Shown: positions 45,624 to 55,615, counted from the stretch's first letter. The stretch is 64,000 nt of DNA from a virus (IMGVR_UViG_2886410390_000001:11210-75209), one strand, 5' to 3'. Program-made: numbers and translations. The notes: a model not told the origin generated them from the sequence alone.

Positions 45624-46271
45624 ATGTTCTTCAGGAAGCGTGAGCAGCAGCCTGAGCCTGTGGCCACGCGTACCGGGCGCCGTCCGGGCCAGAGCGCACG
45701 GGAGAAGCAGCAGGAGCTGGCGGACGCTGCGCCCATCAAGACGTTCTTCACGCGCCTCTTCGACATCCACACCGACGAGCGGGCGTGGCGGCTCGGCGCG
45801 GACGGTGAGGAGCGCGTGGGGGGGCTGCTTGAGCAGCTCCGGCCCCACGGCTGGCACGTCGAGCATGACGTCCGAGTTGGGCGCCGTGGCGCGAACTTGG
45901 ACCACCTGGTCATCGGCCCGCCCGGCGTCTTCGTCGTCAACACGAAGGCGTTGACCGGGAAGGTGTGGGTGGGCGGGGACAACGTCATGGTGGACGGGCG
46001 CCGCAGAGACTACGTGGAGAAGCTGGAGGCGGAGGCCCAGCGCGTCCGCGAATGCCTCCTGGGGGCCACGCGTCGACGGACGTTGTGGGTGCAGGGGCTG
46101 CTCGTCCTCGCCCACCGACAGCCCGTCGTGAAGCAGCAACCCCGCCACGTGGCCGTCCTCCACCACTGCGAGGTGGTGCCCGGCCTTCTGCAGCAGCCGG
46201 TGAAGCTCGGCCTGGAGGAGGTGGCCGAGCTCGTCGAGGCTACGCGGCGCGAAGCGACGTGGGCCGAGTGA
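45624..46271 (+). CDS. NERD-domain nuclease-related protein
   Basis: GADGEERVG..L...GW.V.HDV...NLDHLVIGPPGVFVVNTK. Confidence 0.85.
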   Translation: MFFRKREQQPEPVATRTGRRPGQSAREKQQELADAAPIKTFFTRLFDIHTDERAWRLGADGEERVGGLLEQLRPHGWHVEHDVRVGRRGANLDHLVIGPPGVFVVNTKALTGKVWVGGDNVMVDGRRRDYVEKLEAEAQRVRECLLGATRRRTLWVQGLLVLAHRQPVVKQQPRHVAVLHHCEVVPGLLQQPVKLGLEEVAELVEATRREATWAE

Positions 46272-46304
46272 CGCAGGGGAAGGGGCGCCCCGGCTCAGCG
46301 GAAA

Positions 46305-47159
46305 CTACCAGCTATTGCGCATCGCCTCCCGTCGGGCTTCGTCGCGACGGGCGTCCTCGCGCTGCTGCCGGCGCCGCTCCTCCTGGCGAGCCTCCTCGCG
46401 TCGCGCGTCCTCGCGCTGCTGGCGACGGGCCTCTTCCTGGCGCTGTGCCTCCTTGCCCCAATTGACTTCACGCCAGATGGCAGCTTCGCCGCGCTCCTTC
46501 GTCGGGGAGGGCGGCGAGGCGGGGGACTCGCTGGTGTCCTCCGCGGAAGCTGCGCGCTGCCGCGAGGCCGCCTCGTGGAGGGTGACGTTGTCGATGCAGA
46601 CGCCGCTCACGCAGGTGTTGCCGATGTAGCAGGGCGCCTGCGGGCCGCACGCCTCGCCCACGTCGCGGTAGTGGGTGACGGGAGCCGCGCACCGGCCCGC
46701 GGTGCAGGTGAGGCCGAGGCAGCATGCCTCCGAGCCTCCGCACGCGGCGCCGGCAGAGCCGCACGTGCGAGCACCGGCGGCGGAAGGATGGACGCACGCG
46801 CCTTCACGGCACACGAGTCCCTCGCAGCAGGACGCGCCGGCACCGCATGGCGAGTCCATGGGGACGCACGAGGAGGAGGCAGTGCAGACCCCCGTGGGGA
46901 AAGGGGAGTTGGGGTTTCCACCCGCGCAGGTGAAGCCCGGACAGCAGGTGGCGGAGGTGTCGCAACGTCCACCTCCACGGCTGCAGAAGAGGCCAGTGCC
47001 AGGTGCGGAGCGGCACACGCCCTGAGAACAGGCATTCGCCGATGAGCAGCAGTCTGCGTTGGTGGAGCACGGCCCGGAGCTGTTGCTGCACTGGGGTGGA
47101 TTGGCGAAGGCTGGGAGGGAGGAGAGGAGAAGGGCGAGAAGGATGGCAGGGCGGGACAT
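46305..47159 (-). CDS. Secreted Cys-rich repeat protein with charged C-terminal tail
   Basis: Signal MSRPAILLALLLSSLPAFA; about five C-x6-C-x5-CC-x4-C-x4-C knottin-like units; RQQREDARR repeats. Confidence 0.8.
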   Translation of the reverse strand: MSRPAILLALLLSSLPAFANPPQCSNSSGPCSTNADCCSSANACSQGVCRSAPGTGLFCSRGGGRCDTSATCCPGFTCAGGNPNSPFPTGVCTASSSCVPMDSPCGAGASCCEGLVCREGACVHPSAAGARTCGSAGAACGGSEACCLGLTCTAGRCAAPVTHYRDVGEACGPQAPCYIGNTCVSGVCIDNVTLHEAASRQRAASAEDTSESPASPPSPTKERGEAAIWREVNWGKEAQRQEEARRQQREDARREEARQEERRRQQREDARRDEARREAMRNSW

Positions 47160-47304
47160 GGTGACTCCGTGCAAGAGATGCCCGTGAGGGGCAGAGAGAG
47201 GCCAGAGGCGGGTGGGTAGACCGGCGGCCTGCGTGCCCCTGGATGAAGGATGCGAGTCTCGGGAGTGGACGGCGCCGCGCAGGCGCAGCCCCGCCGCAAA
47301 CTCC

Positions 47305-48456
47305 TCAGAACCCGCAGGTGTGCGTGTTGGAAGCCGCGTAGTACCGGCAGTCGCTCGGCCTCGCGCAGAGCGGCGAGCACTGGTTGTTGCTGCCGGCAGG
47401 CAGGGAGCAGGTGTTGCAGAAGCACCCCGTCTGGTGGCCGAACGAGGTGACAAAGGTAGAGCAGAGGCCCGCCGACGAGCCGGTGCTGGCGACGCAGTTG
47501 TTGGCCAGCAGGATGCCCAGGCTTTCAGCGCACGCGAAGTGCACTTTGGGCGTGGGGACGCTCGCGCCGTCGGCGGACGCACACACGCCGTTGGCGTCGA
47601 TGCTCCCGCAGGTGCAGGCACCGTTGCCCGCGGAGTCGATGGTGCGGCACTTCCCCGCGCCACAGGCCATGGCGACGATGCCCTGCTGCGCGTCGCACCT
47701 CACCCAGGTGTCACTGGCGCAGTAGCCGTACTGGCTCACCCCTTGGCAGGCGCCACCGATTTTGATGCACGTCTCGCCGGCTTGGTCCGGCACGTAGCCC
47801 GGGTTGCAGCCGCAGGTGTCAGCCTTGGCGGTGCACGTGGAGTTGGACGGGCACGTGCCACAGGTGCCACCGCAGCTGTCCGGGCCGCACACCTTGCCCT
47901 GGCACTGAGGGACACAGACGCACGCGCCGGCGGCGTTGCAAGTGGTGCCCGAGCGGCACGTGCCACAGGTGCCACCGCACCCGTCCAAGCCGCACTGGCG
48001 GCCGTCGCAGCGAGGCACGCACACGCACCGCCCGGACTGGCAGGCCTGCCCCGAGCCGCAGGTGCCGCACGAACCGCCGCACCCGTCATCTCCGCACGTC
48101 TTGCCGGTGCAGGAGGGCGTGCACGTGGCCATGCACTGCCCCGTAGACGTGCACACGCTGCCACCGGAGCAGGAGCCGCAGGTGCCCCCGCAGCCGTCCG
48201 CACCGCACTGCCGGCCCGCGCAGTTGGGCGTACAGGTGCTGGCGTCGCCCGGCCCGGTGCCGGCATCCGCGCGAGTGCCGGCGTCCCCAGGGCTGCCTCC
48301 GTCCACGGTGGAGGTGCCCCCGTCCCGGGCCACCGCGGGCCGCTGCTCCTCCTCGTCGACTTCGCCGTCCGTCGGGCCGCACCCCACCACGGCCGAGGCG
48401 GCGAGCAGCGTCAATAGGAAGAAGCGGAGGCGGGCGCTACGAGGGCGGGGCGGCAT
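47305..48456 (-). CDS. Cys-rich lipoprotein of myxobacterial type
   Basis: Lipobox VVG|C; four C.P.C.G..CG.DGCGG.CG.C repeats. Confidence 0.85.
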   Translation of the reverse strand: MPPRPRSARLRFFLLTLLAASAVVGCGPTDGEVDEEEQRPAVARDGGTSTVDGGSPGDAGTRADAGTGPGDASTCTPNCAGRQCGADGCGGTCGSCSGGSVCTSTGQCMATCTPSCTGKTCGDDGCGGSCGTCGSGQACQSGRCVCVPRCDGRQCGLDGCGGTCGTCRSGTTCNAAGACVCVPQCQGKVCGPDSCGGTCGTCPSNSTCTAKADTCGCNPGYVPDQAGETCIKIGGACQGVSQYGYCASDTWVRCDAQQGIVAMACGAGKCRTIDSAGNGACTCGSIDANGVCASADGASVPTPKVHFACAESLGILLANNCVASTGSSAGLCSTFVTSFGHQTGCFCNTCSLPAGSNNQCSPLCARPSDCRYYAASNTHTCGF

Positions 48457-48904
48457 GGGCGTGTCCTTTCAGGGCCGCAGGCGCGGCCGGGCGGGGAGAT
48501 ATCGGACGCCGCCCGTAGCAAGCAGGAGGCCGTGGGCGCTGGACATGTCGCCAGAGGATGGCGGCCCTGCCATGGCGGCCGAGCCCGTCCACCACCCGGG
48601 ACGGGCGTCCTGGCCCGAGATGCCGCTCTGGAAGCAGGAGGGGCGGGTGCGCAGCAAAGCACGCCGATGACTCGTGCCTATGGCGACCCGTAGCCGAGCT
48701 GTGTTAGCCCCTCGCCGACGCAGCCAGTGACGAGCTTGCTGAGGCCGCTCGCCAGAGTCCACGCGGTCTCATCGCTGTTGCGCGCGGTGCCACGGCCGCG
48801 ATCGTGGTACCGCGCGCGAGACTGCGGAGAGCGTCACCCACTGCAATTCCGGGTTGCGTTTGACCTAGCGGACAACTCCTTCACGGAGAGGGTATCGTTC
48901 CGAC

Positions 48905-49168
48905 ATGGTCATATGTTGCGCTGAACCGACGGGGGCGCTTTCGTACAAAGGCGCATATTGCCGATGCTGTGGTGAGAAGTTTAAGGATGAATCCATCGCC
49001 TATTGCGACCGTGGTGAAGGCAACCCGTGCTCGTTTTGCGGCCGCCGTAGCTGCGGTCCGCACTACTGCCCAGGTCGTGAAGGACCGACCCGTCGCTTCT
49101 GCGAAACCTGTGGTTCAAGATGCGCCTCTGGCGGGAAATGCCCGCAGGGGCACGGGTGCATTCCCTAG
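48905..49168 (+). CDS. Small Cys-rich putative metal-binding protein
   Basis: 87 aa with multiple CxxC pairs; low GC. Confidence 0.4.
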   Translation: MVICCAEPTGALSYKGAYCRCCGEKFKDESIAYCDRGEGNPCSFCGRRSCGPHYCPGREGPTRRFCETCGSRCASGGKCPQGHGCIP

Positions 49169-49242
49169 TCTGACTGCACTCAAAAGCCCAAAGGGCTTTC
49201 GGAATGGGCAGCAACCCACAATATTGATCCGCAGGGGACGCC

Positions 49243-49854
49243 ATGCCTCAGGACTATTTGAAGGGCCGCAACTACCTGAAGTGGATACGAGACGGCGCAA
49301 AGAAGGCTGGCGAGAATGCATCTTCGGAGTCTGAGCGAATATTCTGCATGTCGCTTGATGCGAGCCTTGGTGAGCGGCTGAAGAATGCGATTGCCCCAGG
49401 CGACAGGCGTGTGATTGAGCAATCAATATCGACGGCGGTTGTCGATGGACTCAAGGCCATTGGAAGGAGCTGGGTGGTAAGAAAGTCGTATTCCCTTGAG
49501 CTTCCCCAGCTCTCCTTGGGAAAGAAGGAGATAGATATTGCGATCGAAAGCAACGGCAGGCTCTATCTGATCGAGCAAAAGACAATTCTTAACTTCAACT
49601 CCCTTGGGGAGGTGGCATTTGAGGGGTGGTGCATAAAGAGGGGACTCCGTTGGCAGCGTGGCCCATACCGATTTGTGGGCCTCTTTCATCACATGTACAG
49701 CGTGAATGAGCAGAAGATCCTCGACTTGGCTGAGGAGGCGCGGCAAGACGGATTGTTGGATGCGGTGTTCGTGCTTAGAGCGGAAGAGGGCCGTCAAGGT
49801 GCGGTTTTTAAGTCTCTGATCACAGACATCAAGACGTTTTTCCAGCAGGGCTAG
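49243..49854 (+). CDS. PD-(D/E)XK nuclease / restriction-endonuclease-like protein
   Basis: KEIDIAI...LYLIEQK motif; low GC. Confidence 0.65.
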   Translation: MPQDYLKGRNYLKWIRDGAKKAGENASSESERIFCMSLDASLGERLKNAIAPGDRRVIEQSISTAVVDGLKAIGRSWVVRKSYSLELPQLSLGKKEIDIAIESNGRLYLIEQKTILNFNSLGEVAFEGWCIKRGLRWQRGPYRFVGLFHHMYSVNEQKILDLAEEARQDGLLDAVFVLRAEEGRQGAVFKSLITDIKTFFQQG

Positions 49855-50086
49855 CGCGGCGATGCATAATACAGAACCCCGTGCTCTTGCGGCATGTGAA
49901 TCCGGTGTTACCGGTCACGGCCGATACCTCCTTCTTGGGAATGACTCTGACGTCCGGGCCGTCCGGCAGGCGAGACGGGGGTTCAATCTTCGGACGATGG
50001 CGCTGGTGTAACCTACTGATCAGAAACGTCCAGGCGTTGGCGGTCCGCCTGCAGCGCCTCCCGGAAACCTCAACCGGGAGCACCCC

Positions 50087-50959
50087 GTGGACCCCATTCG
50101 CAGCACCACGCAGACGCCGGCCTGTTTCCCTGAAGGCACCACCTCCCTGGAGGGCTCGACGGCCACGTCGTCGGTGATGCCCGCCAGCTCCGCCACCACC
50201 AGCCGTCCGGAGACGGGCGGCGGTAACCAGGTGGAGGAGTACGTTTGCCGCTTCCCGGTGTCGTACGCCCCGCCGCCCCCGGCCGCTTCCTCCGGGCCGA
50301 GCTTCTCCGCAGCGACGCTGGCCCTGCTGGGCGGCACTCCGCCAGCGGCCGCTCCGGCCGGGAGCTTTGCCCGCGCGGACGGCACGCCCTTCCCGACGTC
50401 CATGGACGGGACGCCCATGTACAAGCAGTCGGACGCGGAGTGGGGAGAGTCCCGCCTGGGCGCCTCCGCCACGGCGCCCACCCTGGCCAGCCGCGGGTGT
50501 GCCGTCACCTCCATGGCCATGGCGCTGTCGAAGCTGTCCGGGGAGACGCTCACCCCGGGAGCGCTGGATGCGCACCTGGATGCGAGCGCAGGGTACGTGG
50601 GCAGCGCTCTCGTGTGGGGCACCGCAGGGACTGCCACCGAGAAACCCGTCGCCGTGGAGAAGACGACGACCTGGAGCCTCGACAAGGTGACGAAGGAGCT
50701 GGAGTCGGGCCGGCCCGTAGTCCTGGGCGTCGACTACAAGGAGGGCGGCAGCGGCGGCACACTCGGGACGGACCACTGGGTCTGCCTGACGAGGAAGGAG
50801 GGCAACCTCTTCTTCGCGAACGACCCGGCCACGGGGGACGAGGTTCGCTTCAAGGTGGAGGGCGGCGCCCTCAAGCAGGTGCCGAAGTCGACGGAGTCCA
50901 TTCAGGGCTACAAGTCCTCGGGCGAGTTCACCACCTTCCAGCCAGTGGGTGCGGCGTGA
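50087..50959 (+). CDS. C39-like (Peptidase_C39_2) cysteine peptidase with low-complexity N-terminus
   Basis: YKQSDAEW...GCAVTSMAMAL...GRPVVLGV...DHWVCL. Confidence 0.8.
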   Translation: MDPIRSTTQTPACFPEGTTSLEGSTATSSVMPASSATTSRPETGGGNQVEEYVCRFPVSYAPPPPAASSGPSFSAATLALLGGTPPAAAPAGSFARADGTPFPTSMDGTPMYKQSDAEWGESRLGASATAPTLASRGCAVTSMAMALSKLSGETLTPGALDAHLDASAGYVGSALVWGTAGTATEKPVAVEKTTTWSLDKVTKELESGRPVVLGVDYKEGGSGGTLGTDHWVCLTRKEGNLFFANDPATGDEVRFKVEGGALKQVPKSTESIQGYKSSGEFTTFQPVGAA

Positions 50960-51903
50960 GACCCGCGTCCATGCTGCTCCCGGCGCGACGGTGGGCGGTG
51001 CTCGCGGCGGCGGTGTGCCTGCTTGCGGCCACGCGTGCCGGCGCGCAGCCGGTGCGGTGCAATGCCGAGGTGGACCAGGCTCTCGCACGCGCTAATGGCG
51101 CGCCGCAGAAGGACGTCGCCGCCGAGTTGGACAAGGCCCTGGCCGTGCTCGACAAGGCTGTGGGTGACGATGAGTCCGCCGAATGCCACCGACTCCTGGG
51201 ATTCGCGCTCAAGTGGCGAGCGCACGTGGGAAGGCTGCCGGAAGGCGCCCAGCGAGGCCTCCTCCGCTTCGCGCTCACCCAGCTCGAGCTGGCCATCGAG
51301 AAGGACCCGGGCGACGTGCGCGCGTGGGAGCTCAAGGCGGAGGTCGAGGAGGAACTCGGGCTCTACCTGGAGGGTGCGGGCACCTACAACGCGCTGGCAT
51401 GGGCGCGGCCGAAGCACCCCTTCGCCCGCGGCGCGCGCGTGCGGCTGCTGGTGAAGGCCGGGAAGTTGGAAGAGGCCCTCGCTGCCGCGCGCGAGTGGGT
51501 GGCCGCGCAGCCGAACGACTGGGAGGCGCACCTCGGGCTCGGACTTCGCCTGGAGGCCCTCGGTCAGACGGAGGAGGCGATTGCCGCGTACTCGCGCGCC
51601 ACCGCGCTCGACGAGGGCATCGACACCGCGCCTCTCGCCTTGGGCGCGCTGCTCGCGCGGCTGGGCCGGTGGAAGGAAGCCGAGGCGGCCTTCGAGAAGG
51701 TGGCCGCCGTCGAGTACCTCCTCGGCTGGTACAGCCAGGGCGTGTGCCGGGTGAAGCAGGGGGACGCGAAGGGTGCACGCGCCTGGGTGACGAAGCTGGG
51801 GAGCGAGGATGGTGGTGGGGCGCTCGCCCGTCGACTGAAAGCGCTCATCAAGTCACCGGGCACCTCGCCCGTGCTGGGACTGCCCGCGTATGCGGAGCCG
51901 TGA
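50956..51903 (+). CDS. Exported TPR-repeat protein
   Basis: Signal peptide (RRWAVLAAAVCLLAATRAGA); multiple TPRs; start overlaps peptidase stop. Confidence 0.8.
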   Translation: MRPASMLLPARRWAVLAAAVCLLAATRAGAQPVRCNAEVDQALARANGAPQKDVAAELDKALAVLDKAVGDDESAECHRLLGFALKWRAHVGRLPEGAQRGLLRFALTQLELAIEKDPGDVRAWELKAEVEEELGLYLEGAGTYNALAWARPKHPFARGARVRLLVKAGKLEEALAAAREWVAAQPNDWEAHLGLGLRLEALGQTEEAIAAYSRATALDEGIDTAPLALGALLARLGRWKEAEAAFEKVAAVEYLLGWYSQGVCRVKQGDAKGARAWVTKLGSEDGGGALARRLKALIKSPGTSPVLGLPAYAEP

Positions 51904-52096
51904 TGCCCCGACTACGGCTATCGCTTCGGCACCACCAGTTGCGTGACGCCCGGGCCCACCCAGCGCCACCCGCTCCGTGTTGGTCATGCGACCGGCGCAG
52001 GGCAGGAGGCGTGCCGAGCATCCATCAACGCCGGGCCCTCTGGCGGCGCCACGCACCTCCGCGTACGCTTCTGGGATAACGCGGGGGATGTCAATT

Positions 52097-52627
52097 ATGG
52101 CAGTGTCGAAGCAGGGTATTTGCGGAACGCACATCGCTGTCGCGCTGATGGTGCTCTTCTTTCCGAGGATTTCGCGAGGGGATGAGCCTCGGCGACCTGA
52201 CTTTTACATCGTGTTCCGCGACTGCCAGTCTATTGGTGTGGGGCCAAGCGGCGGCAGCGTGAAGACCATGGATGCTCCAGAGAGCTCCCTTGCATGCTGG
52301 CGACGCTCTGAAAAAGTCCCCTGCATCATGACGAGCGGCGAGGAGCAAAAGGAAATCATATTCACTGTAGATGCTGACATTCCGCCGCTCTTGACGCTAG
52401 TTCAGGGCGAGCATGCGGGAGATTTTGTAGCTGTCGATACTGTGCAGCACACTGCGACCCTTCTTACTCGGGTACTTCTGGGGGGCAGTGGCGTCGTTGC
52501 AAAGGTTTGCTCTGGCGTGTTCGCCACGGCATTCGAGGTTGACCAGATAAAGTTCGAGCAGGAGACGCCAGCGCCGAAGAGTGAGAAGCGTACCAAGTCC
52601 ACTGTTCGACGGACGCAGGCCCAGTGA
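52097..52627 (+). CDS. Exported hypothetical protein (beta-rich, Cys pairs)
   Basis: Hydrophobic N-terminus; lower GC. Confidence 0.55.
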   Translation: MAVSKQGICGTHIAVALMVLFFPRISRGDEPRRPDFYIVFRDCQSIGVGPSGGSVKTMDAPESSLACWRRSEKVPCIMTSGEEQKEIIFTVDADIPPLLTLVQGEHAGDFVAVDTVQHTATLLTRVLLGGSGVVAKVCSGVFATAFEVDQIKFEQETPAPKSEKRTKSTVRRTQAQ

Positions 52628-52711
52628 GGCTTGGAGGGGCGGGTCACACAGCGCCCAGGGGGCGGAAGTCCGCTCAGGGGCCGCCGGTCTGAGAAGAGGC
52701 ATTTCTCGGGC

Positions 52712-53734
52712 TCATCCCCCCGGCCACGCGGCGTACCAGCAGCTGCCCTGGCCATCACCGCGGAGCGCGACGGGCACCTGGTGGGCGTCCGGCGGGCGCG
52801 GACTGCCACCCCAGCAGGTGACGCGGTACACGCGCTCGAGTCCCACGGCGGCGTGCACCTCCGCCAACGGGTGCCAGTCCCCGTCCGCGAGGAGCGCCCG
52901 GAGGTGCTCGGCCACCGCGCGCAGGTCCTCGACGGGCTCGTCCTGGAGCACGGGAGGGAGCGCCTCGGGGGCTGGCCCCGGCGGCGCTGCAGGTGCTGGC
53001 CGATCCACAGTGGCCGCCATGCCGAAGAGGCCGAGTTGCTCAACGTGGAGCATGGGCGGTACCGGCCGGTCATCCACCACGGGCGGCGAACGGGCAGGGG
53101 GCACGGGCGGGGCTGGCGGCTCCTCGCGGCCCGGCGCGACCACGGGGAGCTCAGCGGGCACCGGGTACACCTCGGGCCGCCAGATGCCGTTGCGGGCCAG
53201 CCGCGCCCGCTCGCGTAGCTCCGGCAGCAGCCCCACGTCCACGGGCGCTAGGCGCTGCGCGGGTGCGGCCGGCAGCGGCTCGAACACCTGCACCTCCTCC
53301 AGCCACCACGCCACGGTGCCTCGGCTTTCGACGCCGCAGGGCCACCACCACGCGTCCCGGCCGAAGGCCCGGGAGTCGTTGCCGACGGTGGACACCTCGG
53401 CGAGCCGGGCCACGGCCACGTAGCAGCCAGCCGGGAGGACGTCGCCCGCGGGCGCCTCCAGGCCGTGCGCCTTGCGCAGCCACTCCACGGCAGCCGCGTC
53501 GTACTCGCGCGTCGCGTAGATGGCGAGCCAGCACCCCAGCACCGCGTCTGGCGGGAGGACGGAGTGCCTCCGCTCCGGGACGCCAGCGCGTGCCGGCTCC
53601 ACGTCCTGGACGAAGACGCTCCACATGCCGTGATGGGTAAGGGCCCACGTCCACGGCCGGGCGAGGGGAAGGTGGAAGACGCCGCGTCCCTCGCGTGTGT
53701 AGCGGTAGGGGCCTCCGAGGCGCGCGCAGGTCAT
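52712..53734 (-). CDS. ASCH-domain protein with Pro-rich linker and C-terminal small domain
   Basis: L.RPW.WAL...LAIYA...G.YVAVARL.EV...WW...WWLEEV. Confidence 0.65.
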   Translation of the reverse strand: MTCARLGGPYRYTREGRGVFHLPLARPWTWALTHHGMWSVFVQDVEPARAGVPERRHSVLPPDAVLGCWLAIYATREYDAAAVEWLRKAHGLEAPAGDVLPAGCYVAVARLAEVSTVGNDSRAFGRDAWWWPCGVESRGTVAWWLEEVQVFEPLPAAPAQRLAPVDVGLLPELRERARLARNGIWRPEVYPVPAELPVVAPGREEPPAPPVPPARSPPVVDDRPVPPMLHVEQLGLFGMAATVDRPAPAAPPGPAPEALPPVLQDEPVEDLRAVAEHLRALLADGDWHPLAEVHAAVGLERVYRVTCWGGSPRPPDAHQVPVALRGDGQGSCWYAAWPGG

Positions 53735-53859
53735 GGCCGGAAGTCCTCCGGACAGACCGGGCGCTCGGAGTCGGCGCGGGCCCGTCCGACGATGGCGACG
53801 CCCGCGCCCAGCAGTGCGGCAGTGATGAGGAACAGGACCCGACGGACGCGATGGCTCAT
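53731..53859 (-). CDS. 42-aa single-TM peptide
   Basis: MSHRVRRVLFLITAALLGAGVAIVG...; ATGA coupling to ASCH gene; not in supplied ORF track. Confidence 0.5.
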   Translation of the reverse strand: MSHRVRRVLFLITAALLGAGVAIVGRARADSERPVCPEDFRP

Positions 53860-53941
53860 GGGCACCTCACGGATTGCGGAAAGAAGCGCGGGCGGCCCAT
53901 GCCGTACCGCCCGCGCGCACGTCAGGGGGCTACGGCCGCCG

Positions 53942-55615
53942 TCACTCGAAGCAGGTGGAGTCGGACCAGAGCGGCCGGCCCTCCACCACGGTGAGACAGG
54001 ACTTGAGCGAGGGGAGTGCCTCGGCGGGCACCGCGAAGGGGTCCGCGTTGGCGACGAAGAACGTCGCGCTCTTCCCTCGCGTCAGGGTGCCCAGGTACGG
54101 CAGCAGGCGCGCCTTGGCGGCCTCACGCGTGTAGGCGCCCAGCACCTGCGCGCGGGTGAGCGCCTCGCTGGGCCGGTACGGGCTCAGCGTCGCGAGGTAG
54201 AGCCCGAGCCATGGGTTGGGGGCGGCCGGGCCGAAGGCGTCCGAGGCGAGGGCCAGGGGGATGCCCTGCTCCACGAGGATACGCAGGGGCTGCGCGTGCT
54301 CGTACAGCTCGGACGCATTCCGCTCCCGCATCATCGCCCCGATGAGCACCAGGTGCGTCGGGTTCTGCACCACCGTCACCCCGAGCGCCTTCGTCCGCTT
54401 CACCTGGCCCGGCTGAGCCATGTCGAAGTGCTCGATGGACACCTTCCCCCTCCAGTCCACATCCGGGCGAGCCTCCAACCGGGAGAGCGTCTGCTCAATG
54501 CCGGCGTCGCCGATGGCGTGCACCAGCAGCTGCCCGCCCCGCGCCAGCGTGTCCTCGAGCGCCCAGTCGAGCTGCACGTCCGTCAGGTTGCGCAGCCCGA
54601 CATCCCCGCCGAAGCCTGCCGGGCACGTCTCCGGGGCGAGGTACGGCACGGACACGTGCGCGCTGCACGCTACGTGGGTGCCGTCCGAGAACACCTTGCG
54701 GCGCACCTCCCCGTCCGGCCCCGGCGCGCACTGCTGGCCCGCCGAGGTGATGATGCATACCGGCTGGAACGCGTTGGGCCTGGGGAGCGCGCGGCGGATG
54801 CGCTCGGCTCGCTCCTCGCCGAAGACGAAGCGCACGTCCGACGTGAGCGTGGTGCCGTAGGCCAAGCCGCCCTGGTCGTAGTAGTCGTACTGCGCGACGT
54901 ACTCAGCGTCGGAGATGCGCCGGGAGAGCTGCTCCACTGCGGGCAGCACGGCGAACTCCTGGAGGACGCCCGTCAGCCGTCCGAGCTCGTCACGCCCCAG
55001 CCATCCGCCGTAGGGGTTGGGCTGGTAGTCGCGGAGCCCCGCCTCGTCGAGCGCCGCCGAATTGATCGCCTGGGCGTGCCCGCTCCACTCCAGTCCATAC
55101 ACCGGATGCGCGGTGGTGGCCGCGTCGAGCAGCGCACGCGCCGTGACGCCCTGCGCGTTGAGGCTCGCATAGAGGCCGGCGCCATAGAAGACGACGATGG
55201 GCGTGCCGGGCGGCACATGCGCGGCCCGCTCCGCCACGAGCTGCTGCACCTCGGTGGCCGAGGGCCCGGGGCCGGGCGCCCAGGTGTTGGGGTCCGCGCC
55301 CACCACCCATTCGGGCCGGACGAGCTGCGCCACGTGGCTGTGCCCGTCGATGAGGCCGGGAAGCACCACGCGCTCACCGAGACTGACGCGGCAATACCCG
55401 TGGCTCGCTAGGCGCTCCACGCCGCGAGCGGGCCCGACAGCGACGACACGGCCAGAGCGCAGGAGCAGCGCTTCCGCGAACACCGGGGCGTCCACCTCGC
55501 CCGTCCAGATGCGGCCGTACACGACGGTGTCGCGAGTGCCGCAGGACGTCAGCGTGTCCGCAGGGGAACTGCTGGGCACGGCGCTCAACAACGACAACAA
55601 CAACGGCATCAACAT
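53942..55615 (-). CDS. Exported amidohydrolase family 3 (YtcJ-like) metallo-hydrolase
   Basis: VLPGLIDGHSH, SGHAQAINSAAL, TGVLQE, VHAIGD.G, IEH, ASD; signal peptide. Confidence 0.9.
   Translation of the reverse strand: MLMPLLLSLLSAVPSSSPADTLTSCGTRDTVVYGRIWTGEVDAPVFAEALLLRSGRVVAVGPARGVERLASHGYCRVSLGERVVLPGLIDGHSHVAQLVRPEWVVGADPNTWAPGPGPSATEVQQLVAERAAHVPPGTPIVVFYGAGLYASLNAQGVTARALLDAATTAHPVYGLEWSGHAQAINSAALDEAGLRDYQPNPYGGWLGRDELGRLTGVLQEFAVLPAVEQLSRRISDAEYVAQYDYYDQGGLAYGTTLTSDVRFVFGEERAERIRRALPRPNAFQPVCIITSAGQQCAPGPDGEVRRKVFSDGTHVACSAHVSVPYLAPETCPAGFGGDVGLRNLTDVQLDWALEDTLARGGQLLVHAIGDAGIEQTLSRLEARPDVDWRGKVSIEHFDMAQPGQVKRTKALGVTVVQNPTHLVLIGAMMRERNASELYEHAQPLRILVEQGIPLALASDAFGPAAPNPWLGLYLATLSPYRPSEALTRAQVLGAYTREAAKARLLPYLGTLTRGKSATFFVANADPFAVPAEALPSLKSCLTVVEGRPLWSDSTCFE

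Noticed and set aside
46305-48456. Repeats as a CRISPR array or non-coding tandem repeat
   Set aside because: Repeats are in-frame, degenerate at third positions and encode Cys-rich protein units; no cas genes.
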